Origin: an uncultured Chitinophaga sp.
GTDB taxonomy: Bacteria; Bacteroidota; Bacteroidia; UBA7662
Length of the DNA: 64,000 nt
Assembly: GCA_964577055.1 (NCBI GenBank)
Contig: CAZNWC010000001.1
Location: forward strand, 129 to 64,128
Reading direction: 5' to 3'
This document shows positions 1 to 9,243 of this stretch, piece by piece. Made by a program: the position numbers and the translations under genes. Under the pieces are notes generated by a model. That model was not told the origin of the DNA. It saw only the letters and a list, made by a program, of their open reading frames with translations, and did not search any database. Position 1 is the first letter of the stretch. Each line of letters begins with the position of its first letter.

Positions 1-2241
1 CTCGAGCAGCTCAAAAAGCTGGGCGCCTCGCTCGATTGGAACCGCACGGCCTTTACCATGGACCCCGGCTTGAGCGAAGCGGTGATCGACGTATTTATTG
101 ATCTGTATAAAAAAGGCTATATCTACCGTGGCATGCGCATGGTGAACTGGGACCCCCAGGGCCTCACCGCCGTAGCCGACGACGAGGTGATTTTCAAGGA
201 TGTGAACAGTAAAATGTACTACATCCGCTACCAGATTGTAGGCAGCGACGGTTATGTGACCATTGCCACGGTGCGTCCCGAGACCATCATGGCCGACAGT
301 GCCATTTGCATCCACCCCGACGACGAGCGTTTCCGCCACCTCCACGGCAAACAGGCCTATATTCCGTTGATCAACCGCGCCATTCCCATCATTTTGGATG
401 AGTATGTAGCCATGGACTTCGGTACGGGCTGTTTGAAGGTAACCCCGGCGCATGACCCGAATGACTACGAACTGGGCATCAAGCACAACCTGCCCGTGAT
501 CGATATTTTGAACGACAACGGCACCCTGAACGAAAAAGCCCAGATTTTGGTGGGCGAAGACCGCTTTATTGCCCGGAAAAAGATTGCCAAGCTGCTCGAA
601 GAAAGCGGCAATTTGGTGAAAGCCGAAGATTACAAAAGCAATGTAGGCCACAGCGAGCGCACCAATGCGGTGATTGAGCCGCGTTTGAGCATGCAGTGGT
701 TTGTGAAGATGGATGAAATCACAAAGCCCGCCTTGGAGTATGTGATGCAGGGCGACATCCGCCTCATTCCCGATAAGTTCATCAACACCTACCGCCACTG
801 GATGGAAAATGTGCGCGACTGGTGTATTTCGCGCCAGTTGTGGTGGGGCCACCGCATTCCGGCCTGGTACGCGCCCGACGGAAGCATTTACGTTGCCCGC
901 ACCGCCGAAGAAGCCGCTGCCCAAAGTGGAGGCAAGCACCAAGCCGCCGAGCTGAAGCAAGACGACGACGTACTCGACACCTGGTTCTCAAGCTGGTTGT
1001 GGCCGCTCACCGTTTTCGACCACGAAATCATCCGCAAATCGCCAGCCGAAGCCAATGCCGATTTGCGCTACTACTACCCTACTGCGGTACTGGTTACGGC
1101 CCCCGAAATCCTGTTTTTCTGGGTGGCCCGCATGATCATTTCCGGACATGAATACATGGGCGAAATTCCGTTCAAGGACGTTTACCTCACCGGCATTGTG
1201 CGCGATAAACAAGGCCGCAAAATGTCGAAATCGTTGGGAAATAGTCCCGACCCGCTCGACCTCATTGCCGAATACGGTGCCGACAGCGTGCGCATGGGCA
1301 TGTTGTTCAGCTCGCCTGCAGGCAACGATTTGTTATTCGACATCAGCCTCATTGAGCAGGGCCGCAACTTTGCCAACAAAATCTGGAATGCCTTCCGCCT
1401 CATCAAGGGTTGGGAAGTGGTTGAAGGCGATGCTCAAAATCCGGCCATCGTTTGGTTCGGTGAGCGTTTGAAAGCCGGCATTGCCGAAATTGAAAAGGCC
1501 TACGACAGCTACCGGTTGTCGGAGATGATTCGCAGCTTGTACAAACTCATTTGGGACGACTTCTGCAGCTGGTACCTCGAAATGATTAAGCCGGCTTATG
1601 GCCAACCCATTGACAGGGCCACCTACGAAGCCACCATCGCCTATTTCGACCAATTGATGGGCTTGCTGCACCCGGTAATGCCCTTCATCACCGAAGAATT
1701 GTGGCACGAAATTGACCCCAACCGCAAGCAAGATGAATTCCTTTGCCTGGCCCAATATCCTCAAGCAGAAGCTATTAACGAAGTCTATCTGAATGAAAGC
1801 AGCAAGGTGCAGGAACTCATTTCAGAGATCCGTAACGTGCGCAACCAAAAGCAGGTTCCGGTAAAGAGTTTGGTGGAGTTGTACCTCACCAGCACCAATC
1901 CCATTTACCAGGAGTTCGAAGCCATTGTTTGCAAGCTGGCGGGTGTAGAAAAGGTGCATTATGTGAACGAAAAGCCCTCGGGTTTGGCCTCCTTCCTGGT
2001 GCGCACCGACGAGTGTTTCCTCGACCTCAAGCTTGAGATTGACGTAGAAGCCGAAAGAGAAAAGCTGCAGAAAGAGCTGGTGTACCAGCTAGGCTTTTTG
2101 AACTCGGTAATGAAGAAGCTGGGCAACGAAAAGTTTGTGGCTGGTGCCCCTGCTGCCGTACTCGAAAATGAGCGTAAGAAGCAGGCCGATGCAGAGAGCA
2201 AGATTGCGCAGTTGGAGGAAGCAATCCATCGACTGTCATGA
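1..2241 (+). CDS. valS: Valyl-tRNA synthetase, 5'-truncated by the window edge. The reading frame is open from nt 1 (LEQLKKLGASLDWNRTAFTMD...).
   Basis: Class I aaRS KMSKS motif (KMSKSLGN), editing-domain and anticodon-binding-like sequence, C-terminal coiled coil. In frame from position 1. Confidence 0.9.
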   Translation, partial: LEQLKKLGASLDWNRTAFTMDPGLSEAVIDVFIDLYKKGYIYRGMRMVNWDPQGLTAVADDEVIFKDVNSKMYYIRYQIVGSDGYVTIATVRPETIMADSAICIHPDDERFRHLHGKQAYIPLINRAIPIILDEYVAMDFGTGCLKVTPAHDPNDYELGIKHNLPVIDILNDNGTLNEKAQILVGEDRFIARKKIAKLLEESGNLVKAEDYKSNVGHSERTNAVIEPRLSMQWFVKMDEITKPALEYVMQGDIRLIPDKFINTYRHWMENVRDWCISRQLWWGHRIPAWYAPDGSIYVARTAEEAAAQSGGKHQAAELKQDDDVLDTWFSSWLWPLTVFDHEIIRKSPAEANADLRYYYPTAVLVTAPEILFFWVARMIISGHEYMGEIPFKDVYLTGIVRDKQGRKMSKSLGNSPDPLDLIAEYGADSVRMGMLFSSPAGNDLLFDISLIEQGRNFANKIWNAFRLIKGWEVVEGDAQNPAIVWFGERLKAGIAEIEKAYDSYRLSEMIRSLYKLIWDDFCSWYLEMIKPAYGQPIDRATYEATIAYFDQLMGLLHPVMPFITEELWHEIDPNRKQDEFLCLAQYPQAEAINEVYLNESSKVQELISEIRNVRNQKQVPVKSLVELYLTSTNPIYQEFEAIVCKLAGVEKVHYVNEKPSGLASFLVRTDECFLDLKLEIDVEAEREKLQKELVYQLGFLNSVMKKLGNEKFVAGAPAAVLENERKKQADAESKIAQLEEAIHRLS

Positions 2242-2381
2242 TCCAACCTTCTTATCCATAGTGCTTATGCAAAAAGACTGTGCTTTCCTTTCTTTTAGAA
2301 AGTCAGCAAAGCGGAGCCTACTTAACGCTTGGCATTGATAATTCACATATTGGTGTTTATTGCGATAATTTAAGCAAATGC

Positions 2382-3233
2382 TTATTGCGGTTTAAATCTA
2401 TACCTTATGCCAAAATCAATGTAGAATTGGCTAAAATGTTCAACTTTGCCCTGAAAAAGTTGACCGTAATTAACCAAGCCCCTACCCATTTGAAAATTGG
2501 TATTAAATGCCCATTTTGGAGAAAACTGCCATTCATAAGTGACCGGAAGTAACAGGGTGATGTACAGTCCTCTTCTGCTTGTAAGAGTCTGGGTGTTTAC
2601 TGTACTATTCAATTCAGAAGAGGCAGCATCGTATTGAAAATCAAATCGCTTAACAACGATTTGACGGTAAAGCAATTCTGTACCGATACGGCCTGCAAAT
2701 CCAAAATAAAAACCATGCTTGTTGTTAGAAGAGTTTAATCGAAATTGGTATTTTGCAACCATTTCTACCAGGTCAAGCACTTCTTCAAAGATCATAATAG
2801 CAGATTGAATGGCGGTATCAGAGCTCAGTTGTGAGAAATTTGGCAGTACCTGTCTGTAATCAGCACGTCTCCCTGGATGTACCTGATAACTTAAACCCAA
2901 GTCAAATCTGGTTTGAAATGGCTTGTGTTGATGTTCCGCTTTATCCCAACCAAGCGATAAACCAAATTGCCGAAATGGCAATTGCTCACTTTGCGTAATT
3001 TGCCTATTTGGATGATTTGTATACCGACCTAAATAATTACCCTCAACAGATTCAAAAGGCCCTGTGCGCAGTTTTCGATAAATACTAGCATGCAAATTAA
3101 GCGGTTCGTTATAATAAAAACCACCTAAACCAGGATTGAAATGAAACTGCAATTGATCAGGCTTCCAACTACCTTGTGAAAATGCACTAACAGATAAAAT
3201 TAACAGTACAAGCAGATTGGTTATTTTTTTCAT
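2382..3233 (-). CDS. Hypothetical secreted, beta-rich, outer-membrane-like protein. Islet cargo.
   Basis: N-terminal signal peptide (MKKITNLLVLLILSVSAFSQ). Alternating hydrophobic pattern with an aromatic-rich C-terminus (..IRYRFKPQ). Lies in low-GC DNA between duplicated valS 3' ends. Confidence 0.5.
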   Translation of the reverse strand: MKKITNLLVLLILSVSAFSQGSWKPDQLQFHFNPGLGGFYYNEPLNLHASIYRKLRTGPFESVEGNYLGRYTNHPNRQITQSEQLPFRQFGLSLGWDKAEHQHKPFQTRFDLGLSYQVHPGRRADYRQVLPNFSQLSSDTAIQSAIMIFEEVLDLVEMVAKYQFRLNSSNNKHGFYFGFAGRIGTELLYRQIVVKRFDFQYDAASSELNSTVNTQTLTSRRGLYITLLLPVTYEWQFSPKWAFNTNFQMGRGLVNYGQLFQGKVEHFSQFYIDFGIRYRFKPQ

Positions 3234-3284
3234 GATCTATTTTTGTTTATGTCTATTCAAAATGCGAGGAGCAACCAATCAAAG

Positions 3285-4841
3285 TCAGGGAATGATTTCC
3301 AAATCGACTTCAATACCAGAATGCACATTAACATAGTGCTTATCAGCCAAAGAACTTATGAAAGGATTAAATTGCCGTGTGTGATACGTAATTGGACCAT
3401 AAGACAGGATATTTGCAGGTAATGTTAATGGCGTCCAAGTCCAGACATCCGTAGCAAAAGTTTGAAAATGGGGGCCTTGAAAAATAGCATCTTGATGAAT
3501 ACCTATGTATGCAAAAGGGATATTCTTTGATTTTTGAATTGTGTTTCTATTCCTTGCTGTTTTAATCTTCAGCTGTAATTGAAATCTCGAACTGTTAGTA
3601 GGGTCAAAATCAACATCCTTACTGTCATTAAATGTCGGATATGGTTCTATTCCCCAAGGACTCAGTTTAATTTGACCGTCGTCATCAGTAAAATCATAAA
3701 CCATTGCATTTTTTGGAACAATGCCTTTCGTTCTTCCATGAAAATTATATTCATAAATGATTAATTGTAAAAAATTATAATCTAAACAGTTCTTCATCCA
3801 TTTATCGTATATGATTTGATAATCCAATTCTACATCAACCCAGTCTCCATTCTTAACTTTTTTTCTCGATACTTTATCAGCCAATATCCCACCTTCTACA
3901 ATGTGACCTAACCAAGGATCACTATCATTGCGATTCCTTCCAAAAACCTCATAAACATCATTTCCAAAAGATGCTATTGAATATCTAACTTCTGACTTTC
4001 CTTCTGTCCATCTCTCTTTGTGTTCTTTTAACTTTATTCTTGAGATTTTAATTGAAGAGTATTCTGGGTTGCACCCGGTTGGGAAAAATGAAGGTTCCCT
4101 GAAACCTGAAGCGTTTTCATTAGTATTAAGACCTTCATTTAATGAAATTACCCAAACTGAGTTTGATTCTAGCATTTCAGGATCAACCATAACTTGAATA
4201 AATTCTGTCCCATTAAAAATAAAGCCTTCATAGGATTCATCTTCAAATAACTCTTCCGCATCGAAATACGGGCACCATACCACAATGGGAATTGTATTTT
4301 CATGGTTGTTCAAAAACTCTTCATCAGACCAATACTCCGCATCTGGGCTATACACTTGACTATTGAGTGAATAAATACCTCCCTCATCATCGGCAAAAAA
4401 AAATGAACTTAAAAAATTCGGATTAATTGCTTCTGGTGAAGCCGAAATTAACTCTGAATTCAAATTCCCATAATTTCTTGAGGTATATTCACTTGATATT
4501 TGCGGTATTAGAGCATTAAAATCTCCATCAAATTCTAATGCGATTAGTTCCCTTGTCAATCTCACAAAATTTTGGTTAGAATATGCCAGATAAGCGACAC
4601 CCATCGCAGTTGCTCTTAAATTGTCATTGATTTCAGTCTCAGACAAAAATACTCCTGAGGATGAGGATGAGGATGAGGATGAGGATGAGGATGAGGATGA
4701 GGATAAAGCTTGATTTCGATGCCTTTCATTCCCTTCAATCTGATTAAATGAATCTTTTTTACAACTCGTTTGAAATGTAGACAAACAAATAACGAGTAAA
4801 ATTACAACGAGTAAAATTACACGGTTAAACGCATTTTTCAT
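3285..4841 (-). CDS. Hypothetical lipoprotein with a poly-Ser linker. Islet cargo.
   Basis: Signal peptide ending ..LSTFQTSC (lipobox-like Cys). A 16-18 residue Ser run encoded by a perfect (GAGGAT)8 repeat at 4657-4704. No recognisable domain. Low GC. Confidence 0.55.
   Translation of the reverse strand: MKNAFNRVILLVVILLVICLSTFQTSCKKDSFNQIEGNERHRNQALSSSSSSSSSSSSSSSSGVFLSETEINDNLRATAMGVAYLAYSNQNFVRLTRELIALEFDGDFNALIPQISSEYTSRNYGNLNSELISASPEAINPNFLSSFFFADDEGGIYSLNSQVYSPDAEYWSDEEFLNNHENTIPIVVWCPYFDAEELFEDESYEGFIFNGTEFIQVMVDPEMLESNSVWVISLNEGLNTNENASGFREPSFFPTGCNPEYSSIKISRIKLKEHKERWTEGKSEVRYSIASFGNDVYEVFGRNRNDSDPWLGHIVEGGILADKVSRKKVKNGDWVDVELDYQIIYDKWMKNCLDYNFLQLIIYEYNFHGRTKGIVPKNAMVYDFTDDDGQIKLSPWGIEPYPTFNDSKDVDFDPTNSSRFQLQLKIKTARNRNTIQKSKNIPFAYIGIHQDAIFQGPHFQTFATDVWTWTPLTLPANILSYGPITYHTRQFNPFISSLADKHYVNVHSGIEVDLEIIP
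4657..4704. repeat. Perfect hexanucleotide tandem repeat (GAGGAT)x8 inside the lipoprotein CDS, encoding poly-Ser.
   Basis: Read directly from the sequence. It is in-frame (6 nt), so slippage would change linker length without a frameshift. Confidence 0.9.
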
Positions 4842-5055
4842 GGTAATGTCTATGTTTGAGATATTTTCTCTATAACTTTAACATTACTAATGTAATTATT
4901 TTATCTTGTAAAAAAAAAAAAATGTTCCTACAACTCTTTGTTTGTAAGCCGAAGGTTTGGCTCTGCGACCTTCTTGAAAAACCGACAGCATCGTCGGTAC
5001 TGGACAAGCTGCGTAAGTAGCGTAGTTAAAAGGCTACGTACATCGTAGCCAGTCG

Positions 5056-5235
5056 AAGCTGCAGAAAGAGTTGGTGTACCAGCAAGGTTTTTTGAACTCG
5101 GTGATGAAGAAGCTGGGCAACGAAAAGTTTGTGGCTGGTGCCCCTGCTGCCGTACTCGAAAATGAGCGTAAGAAGCAGGCCGATGCAGAGAGCAAGATCA
5201 ATCAACTAACAGAAGCAATAAACCGTCTGAACTAA
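5056..5235 (+). pseudogene. Orphan duplicate of the valS 3' end. It encodes ..[59 protein letters not shown]. There is an in-frame stop just upstream at 5023-5025 and no start codon.
   Basis: About 150 nt are near-identical to 2062-2211, including ~100 nt of perfect identity, followed by a diverged tail. This is the displaced original 3' end (attR-side remnant). Confidence 0.8.
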
Positions 5236-5296
5236 GCCTTCAGGCGGTTTTTCGCTGAGCTGCCACCGCCTTAGCCACATTCTCACGAATGTACTT

Positions 5297-5755
5297 TTAT
5301 ATCCTTTCGTATTCCCATTGATCTCTTACGATGCGATCGTGATACCTGGCTTGCAACGCGAATTTAGGATGATGCAACCTCGCAGCTTTGGTAACCCCCA
5401 CTTTAAAACCACGAACCACCGAGGCCAAATTCATCGATTGCGGGCCAAAGTGATTTTGGGCATGTTCATCTGAATTGTTGAGCTTCTTGGTAAAAATCAA
5501 AAGGCCGTGCACATGATCGGGCATCACTATAAATTCATCAATCACTACATCAGGGAAATGCTGCGGAATGGCTTGCCAGCAATCGAGCGCCGCTTGTCCG
5601 GCGGGAGATAAAACCATCTGCTCCCCAACAATCTCACCGAAAACACGAATCCGATTTTGGGTAACAATGGTGATGAAATAGGCAGAAGCATTGGCATAAT
5701 CCCAAAATCCTGCCCTGATCTTTTTCCGTTGAGGAAGAATGGTGACCTTTCGCAT
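5297..5755 (-). mobile_element. IS200/IS605-family Y1 (HUH) transposase, REP-associated tyrosine transposase (RayT)-like.
   Basis: 152 aa. HUH motif (..MPDHVHGLL..). Overall similarity to the Transposase_17 (PF01797)/RayT family. Single copy, adjacent to palindromic repeats. Confidence 0.75.
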
Positions 5756-5840
5756 ATCCTGTGATTAATAAGAACATGAAAATACAAAATCTACCTGAAT
5801 ATAGATTTAAAGGCCGCACGATTATGAATCTCCTTATGGC

Positions 5841-6046
5841 TAGGCAGGCGAAGCCTGCCTTGTACGGCCACAATATTTTGTGGCCGTTAAGCCGGCAAAT
5901 CTTGCCGGCTTTACTTGCCGCAAGATTCTGCGGCAGATTTAGCTGCAAGATTTAGCCGCAAGATTCTGCAACAGATTTAGCTGTAAGATTTTGCAGCTTG
6001 AATTTCGGCCACAAAATTTTGTGGCCCGACTAGCCGCCAGCGGCTA
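5841..6046. repeat. Cluster of REP-like palindromes and tandem repeats upstream of the RayT-like gene.
   Basis: Hairpins: aggcaggc-gaa-gcctgcct (5841-5859); ggccacaa-tatt-ttgtggcc (5865-5884) and a near-identical copy ggccacaa-aatt-ttgtggcc (6006-6025); gccggcaa-atc-ttgccggc (5890-5908); ctagccgc-c-a-gcggctag (6029-6046). A ~28-nt tandem unit gcaagattctgcNNcagatttagct runs x2.5 over 5916-5998. Confidence 0.8.
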
Positions 6047-7168
6047 GCTCACCAGCTCGCGAGCAAATACTTCCCAGCTGAACTCCTGCTTTTTTACAGC
6101 CACCTTGGCCGACATTTCTGCAAAACGATTGTTTTGTACAAAATCAAGCATGCAATCGGCAATTTGTGTGGGTACCCGCTCGCATACATAACCCGATTGG
6201 CGGTCATCGACCAATTCGCTGAGCCCACCCACATTGGTTACCAACATGGGTGTATCGAACTGAAAACCTACTTGGGTAACCCCACTTTGGGTAGCGTGGT
6301 GGTAGGTTTGGGTAACCAGCGAGGCTGCTGAGAAATAGTATTTCACTTGGTCGTCGGCGATGAAGCGGGTATGCATCTCTACCCTTTCGGCCAAGTTGTG
6401 CTCGCGGATGAGGCGGTAATATCGGTCGGGATTTTCGTAAAACTCACCCGCCACAATGAGCTTCACTTTGTGCTTCTTCAAGCGTACATCGGCGAAGGAT
6501 TGGAGCAGCAAATCAAGCCCTTTGTACTGCCTGATAAAGCCAAAAAACAGGAAGTATGTATAATCAGGCGACAAGCCCAACGCTTTTAATGCTTCTTCTC
6601 GCGCTACTTTCTCTCCATAATTGTCGTAGAGCGGGTGTTTGAGTAGTTTTTGGCCACCTTTGAAGCCAAACTGTTGCAAATCGTCGCGCACCGATGCCGA
6701 TAAGGTATGTACATCTTCCATCTGCCGTAAAAAGTAAGCGGTTAGTGGTCGCGACAAAGGAAAGGGCTCGTGCGGTATAATGTTGTCGGCAATGGCCACA
6801 CGGCGTGCTTTGCTGCCGAAAAACCGGCTCCAGCGCGCTACAAAGCCCAGGCAAGGCGCCATAAAGGGCATCCAGTAACGGAAAATGAGTACTTCTGCCC
6901 CACTCTTGGCAATGTAACGGGCAGTTTTTAACCAACTGAATGGATTGATGGAGTTGATTAATACCTTTATTTTCAGATCAGCTGGGGCTGCCTCTTCAGA
7001 TAATTGAGTCTTGCCAGGAAACAAAAACGCAGGATATTGGAGGCTAAAGGTAATGATCTCTACCTTGTAGCCGAGTTCCATGTAAGCACGCGCCAACCTT
7101 TCGTTAAAGGTCGACATGCCACCTCCGCGCAGTGGCCAAGCCGGGCCTACAATGATAATTTTACGCAA
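6044..7168 (-). CDS. Glycosyltransferase, family 1 (GT4-like).
   Basis: GT-B fold with a Glycos_transf_1-like C-terminal half (..EFSWEVFAREL). 374 aa. 8-nt overlap with the upstream GT2 gene. Confidence 0.8.
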   Translation of the reverse strand: MRKIIIVGPAWPLRGGGMSTFNERLARAYMELGYKVEIITFSLQYPAFLFPGKTQLSEEAAPADLKIKVLINSINPFSWLKTARYIAKSGAEVLIFRYWMPFMAPCLGFVARWSRFFGSKARRVAIADNIIPHEPFPLSRPLTAYFLRQMEDVHTLSASVRDDLQQFGFKGGQKLLKHPLYDNYGEKVAREEALKALGLSPDYTYFLFFGFIRQYKGLDLLLQSFADVRLKKHKVKLIVAGEFYENPDRYYRLIREHNLAERVEMHTRFIADDQVKYYFSAASLVTQTYHHATQSGVTQVGFQFDTPMLVTNVGGLSELVDDRQSGYVCERVPTQIADCMLDFVQNNRFAEMSAKVAVKKQEFSWEVFARELVS

Positions 7169-8144
7169 TGCCAGTGGTTTGACGAATCAAATAGCGGTTT
7201 CGGTCGGCCGAGCTGCGCGATACCAACTCTGCGAGAAAACCAGTCAGAAACAACTGTACCCCGATGATCACCAGCACCAACGCCAAGAAAAACAATGGCT
7301 GTGCGGTGATGTCACGATGCGGCAATCCTTGGGCTATTTTTGACAGCTTTTCGTAAATCACCACCAGGGTAATCACCCCACCAGTAAAAAACGACAAAGT
7401 GCCAATCAAACCGAAAAAGTGCATCGGCTTTTTGCCAAAGCGACCTACGAAATAGATCGACATCAAGTCAAGAAAGCCATTGATAAAGCGTTCCAAGCCA
7501 AATTTGGTGTGTCCGTATTTGCGCGCCCGGTGCTCCACTACCTGCTCTTCGATGCGCTTGAAGCCCGCCCATTTGGCAATCACCGGAATGTAGCGGTGCA
7601 TTTCGCCGTACACTTCAATGCTTTTTACCACTTCACGGCGGTACACCTTCAATCCACAATTAAAATCATGCAGGTTGTTGATGCCCGAAACTTTGCGAGT
7701 AGCCCAATTGAATAATTTGGTGGGAATGGTTTTGCTGAGGGGATCGTATCTTTTGCGCTTCCAGCCACTGATCAAATCGAGGCCTTCGTCGAACAAGCGC
7801 CGGTACATGGCAGGCAGTTCATCCGGACTGTCTTGCAAATCGGCATCCATGGTAAACACCGCCTTGCCTCGGGCAGCTTCGAAGCCTACATTGAGCGCAG
7901 CAGATTTTCCATAGTTCCGTTGAAAACGAATGCCCTTGACAGCGGGAAAACGCGTCGACAGTTGTTCGATCACTTGCCAGGAGTTGTCAGTGCTGCCATC
8001 ATCGATAAAAATCACCTCATAGCTAAAGCCTTCCTGCTCCATCACCCGCACCAACCATTCAGTAAGTTCGGGCAATGATTCTTCTTCGTTCAATTGTGGT
8101 ATGACTACCGAGATGTCAAGCTCCTGCATCCGTATTTTCTTCAA
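7161..8144 (-). CDS. Family 2 glycosyltransferase, polyprenol-phosphate sugar transferase type (DPM1/ArnC-like), with two C-terminal TM helices.
   Basis: VVIPQLNEEESL..IFIDDGSTDNS (GT2 DXD context). C-terminal hydrophobic helices. Confidence 0.85.
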   Translation of the reverse strand: MKKIRMQELDISVVIPQLNEEESLPELTEWLVRVMEQEGFSYEVIFIDDGSTDNSWQVIEQLSTRFPAVKGIRFQRNYGKSAALNVGFEAARGKAVFTMDADLQDSPDELPAMYRRLFDEGLDLISGWKRKRYDPLSKTIPTKLFNWATRKVSGINNLHDFNCGLKVYRREVVKSIEVYGEMHRYIPVIAKWAGFKRIEEQVVEHRARKYGHTKFGLERFINGFLDLMSIYFVGRFGKKPMHFFGLIGTLSFFTGGVITLVVIYEKLSKIAQGLPHRDITAQPLFFLALVLVIIGVQLFLTGFLAELVSRSSADRNRYLIRQTTGIA

Positions 8145-8676
8145 AAAGGTCAGGGGTGCGTTTTACAAAAGCGCCAACGATAAGGGCAACCACCGCACTA
8201 AAAATGCTGCTGATCAGCAATGCCGTAACCAATGATCTAAAGTCTTGTTTAAAGTCACGGGCTTCCATGCCTTCCAGCGCTTTCTCAATATCAGCATCGG
8301 ATGCACCAAACTTCTCCATCATGGAAGCCGTATTTTCGATGGTCAGCTCCTTGATAGTATCTGCCAATCCTGGGTCAATAACGTTGTACAGCACGGCATT
8401 GAAGGCCACCCCTACGATACTTGAAATTACGCCTATGCCTATACCTGTTACCACAGCTTCACCGTAAGGAAGCGCGTTGTTGTTCAGTTTGCGTTGCTCG
8501 CGGGTTCCCAATACCATGAAAACAACAACCAACACAAGAGAGATGGCTGAATTCCAAAAAGAAATGAGCAAGCTCACATCTACGATGTACAGCAAAAGGA
8601 GGTAAACTACGTTAACACCGCCCAAAAATAAGCCCCATTTAACAAGGGGCTTTTCAAAAAAGCCTTGTGATTCCAT
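8116..8676 (-). CDS. DUF4199-family membrane protein. The start is assigned to the MESQGFFEKP Met.
   Basis: Four TM helices and sequence typical of Bacteroidota DUF4199 (MESQGFFEKPLVKWGLFLGG..). Confidence 0.7.
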   Translation of the reverse strand: MESQGFFEKPLVKWGLFLGGVNVVYLLLLYIVDVSLLISFWNSAISLVLVVVFMVLGTREQRKLNNNALPYGEAVVTGIGIGVISSIVGVAFNAVLYNVIDPGLADTIKELTIENTASMMEKFGASDADIEKALEGMEARDFKQDFRSLVTALLISSIFSAVVALIVGAFVKRTPDLFEENTDAGA

Positions 8677-8683
8677 ATGTGTT

Positions 8684-9202
8684 TTAATTTCGATAATAAA
8701 TAGACACCATAAAGCCAATCAACAAACTCCACATCAATCGAAAGAAAAAGGTGGTGAGTGCGATATACGACTTACTGGCATTCAAGATACTTTCTTTTAT
8801 CTTTTCAAACTGACCAGCCGCATAATTTTTTTCAATGGTGGCCCTTCCTTGTTCCAGGGTTCGTAACTGATCGTCGATGTGTAATTGCCAAAGTGGATCA
8901 CTCAAATGAATCCAAACCCACAAAGCCAAGGAATAAAAAAGTGCACTTACCAGTCCTACAGCCAACGAAACCATAAAGCCATGGGTAACTGTCAAATTCC
9001 CTTGGTTGTAAATGTATTTATAGTTCCGCATGGCCAACACCATTACCACCACGGTAATTACCCCAATCAGTAAGCGAAACTGCCCCATGGGGTCATAGTG
9101 AAAATTGAAAAGCAGTAATGCAGCCATCAACGAAAATGACGCTGCATACATGCCATAGCGCAATCCCACTGTAAGCATGGCATACTTCAACAATTCTCTC
9201 AT
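8684..9202 (-). CDS. DUF4199-family membrane protein, tandem paralogue.
   Basis: Same topology and length class as the neighbouring gene. Tandem duplication. Confidence 0.6.
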   Translation of the reverse strand: MRELLKYAMLTVGLRYGMYAASFSLMAALLLFNFHYDPMGQFRLLIGVITVVVMVLAMRNYKYIYNQGNLTVTHGFMVSLAVGLVSALFYSLALWVWIHLSDPLWQLHIDDQLRTLEQGRATIEKNYAAGQFEKIKESILNASKSYIALTTFFFRLMWSLLIGFMVSIYYRN

Positions 9203-9243
9203 AGTGATTTATTTACCTTCCAAGGATGTATTGGCTATTTATT

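Noticed and set aside
782-2246. Many 60-140 aa ORFs on both strands inside valS (for example 782-991, 1333-1764, 1959-2246).
   Set aside because: They are fully nested in a strongly supported aaRS reading frame, have Arg/Ala/Pro-rich junk composition typical of off-frame GC-rich coding DNA, and show no signals.
2242-5055. Looked for an integrase or recombinase in the valS islet.
   Set aside because: No ORF with tyrosine or serine recombinase motifs was found. Only the neighbouring HUH transposase is present, and it does not generate this kind of duplication. The integration mechanism stays unassigned.
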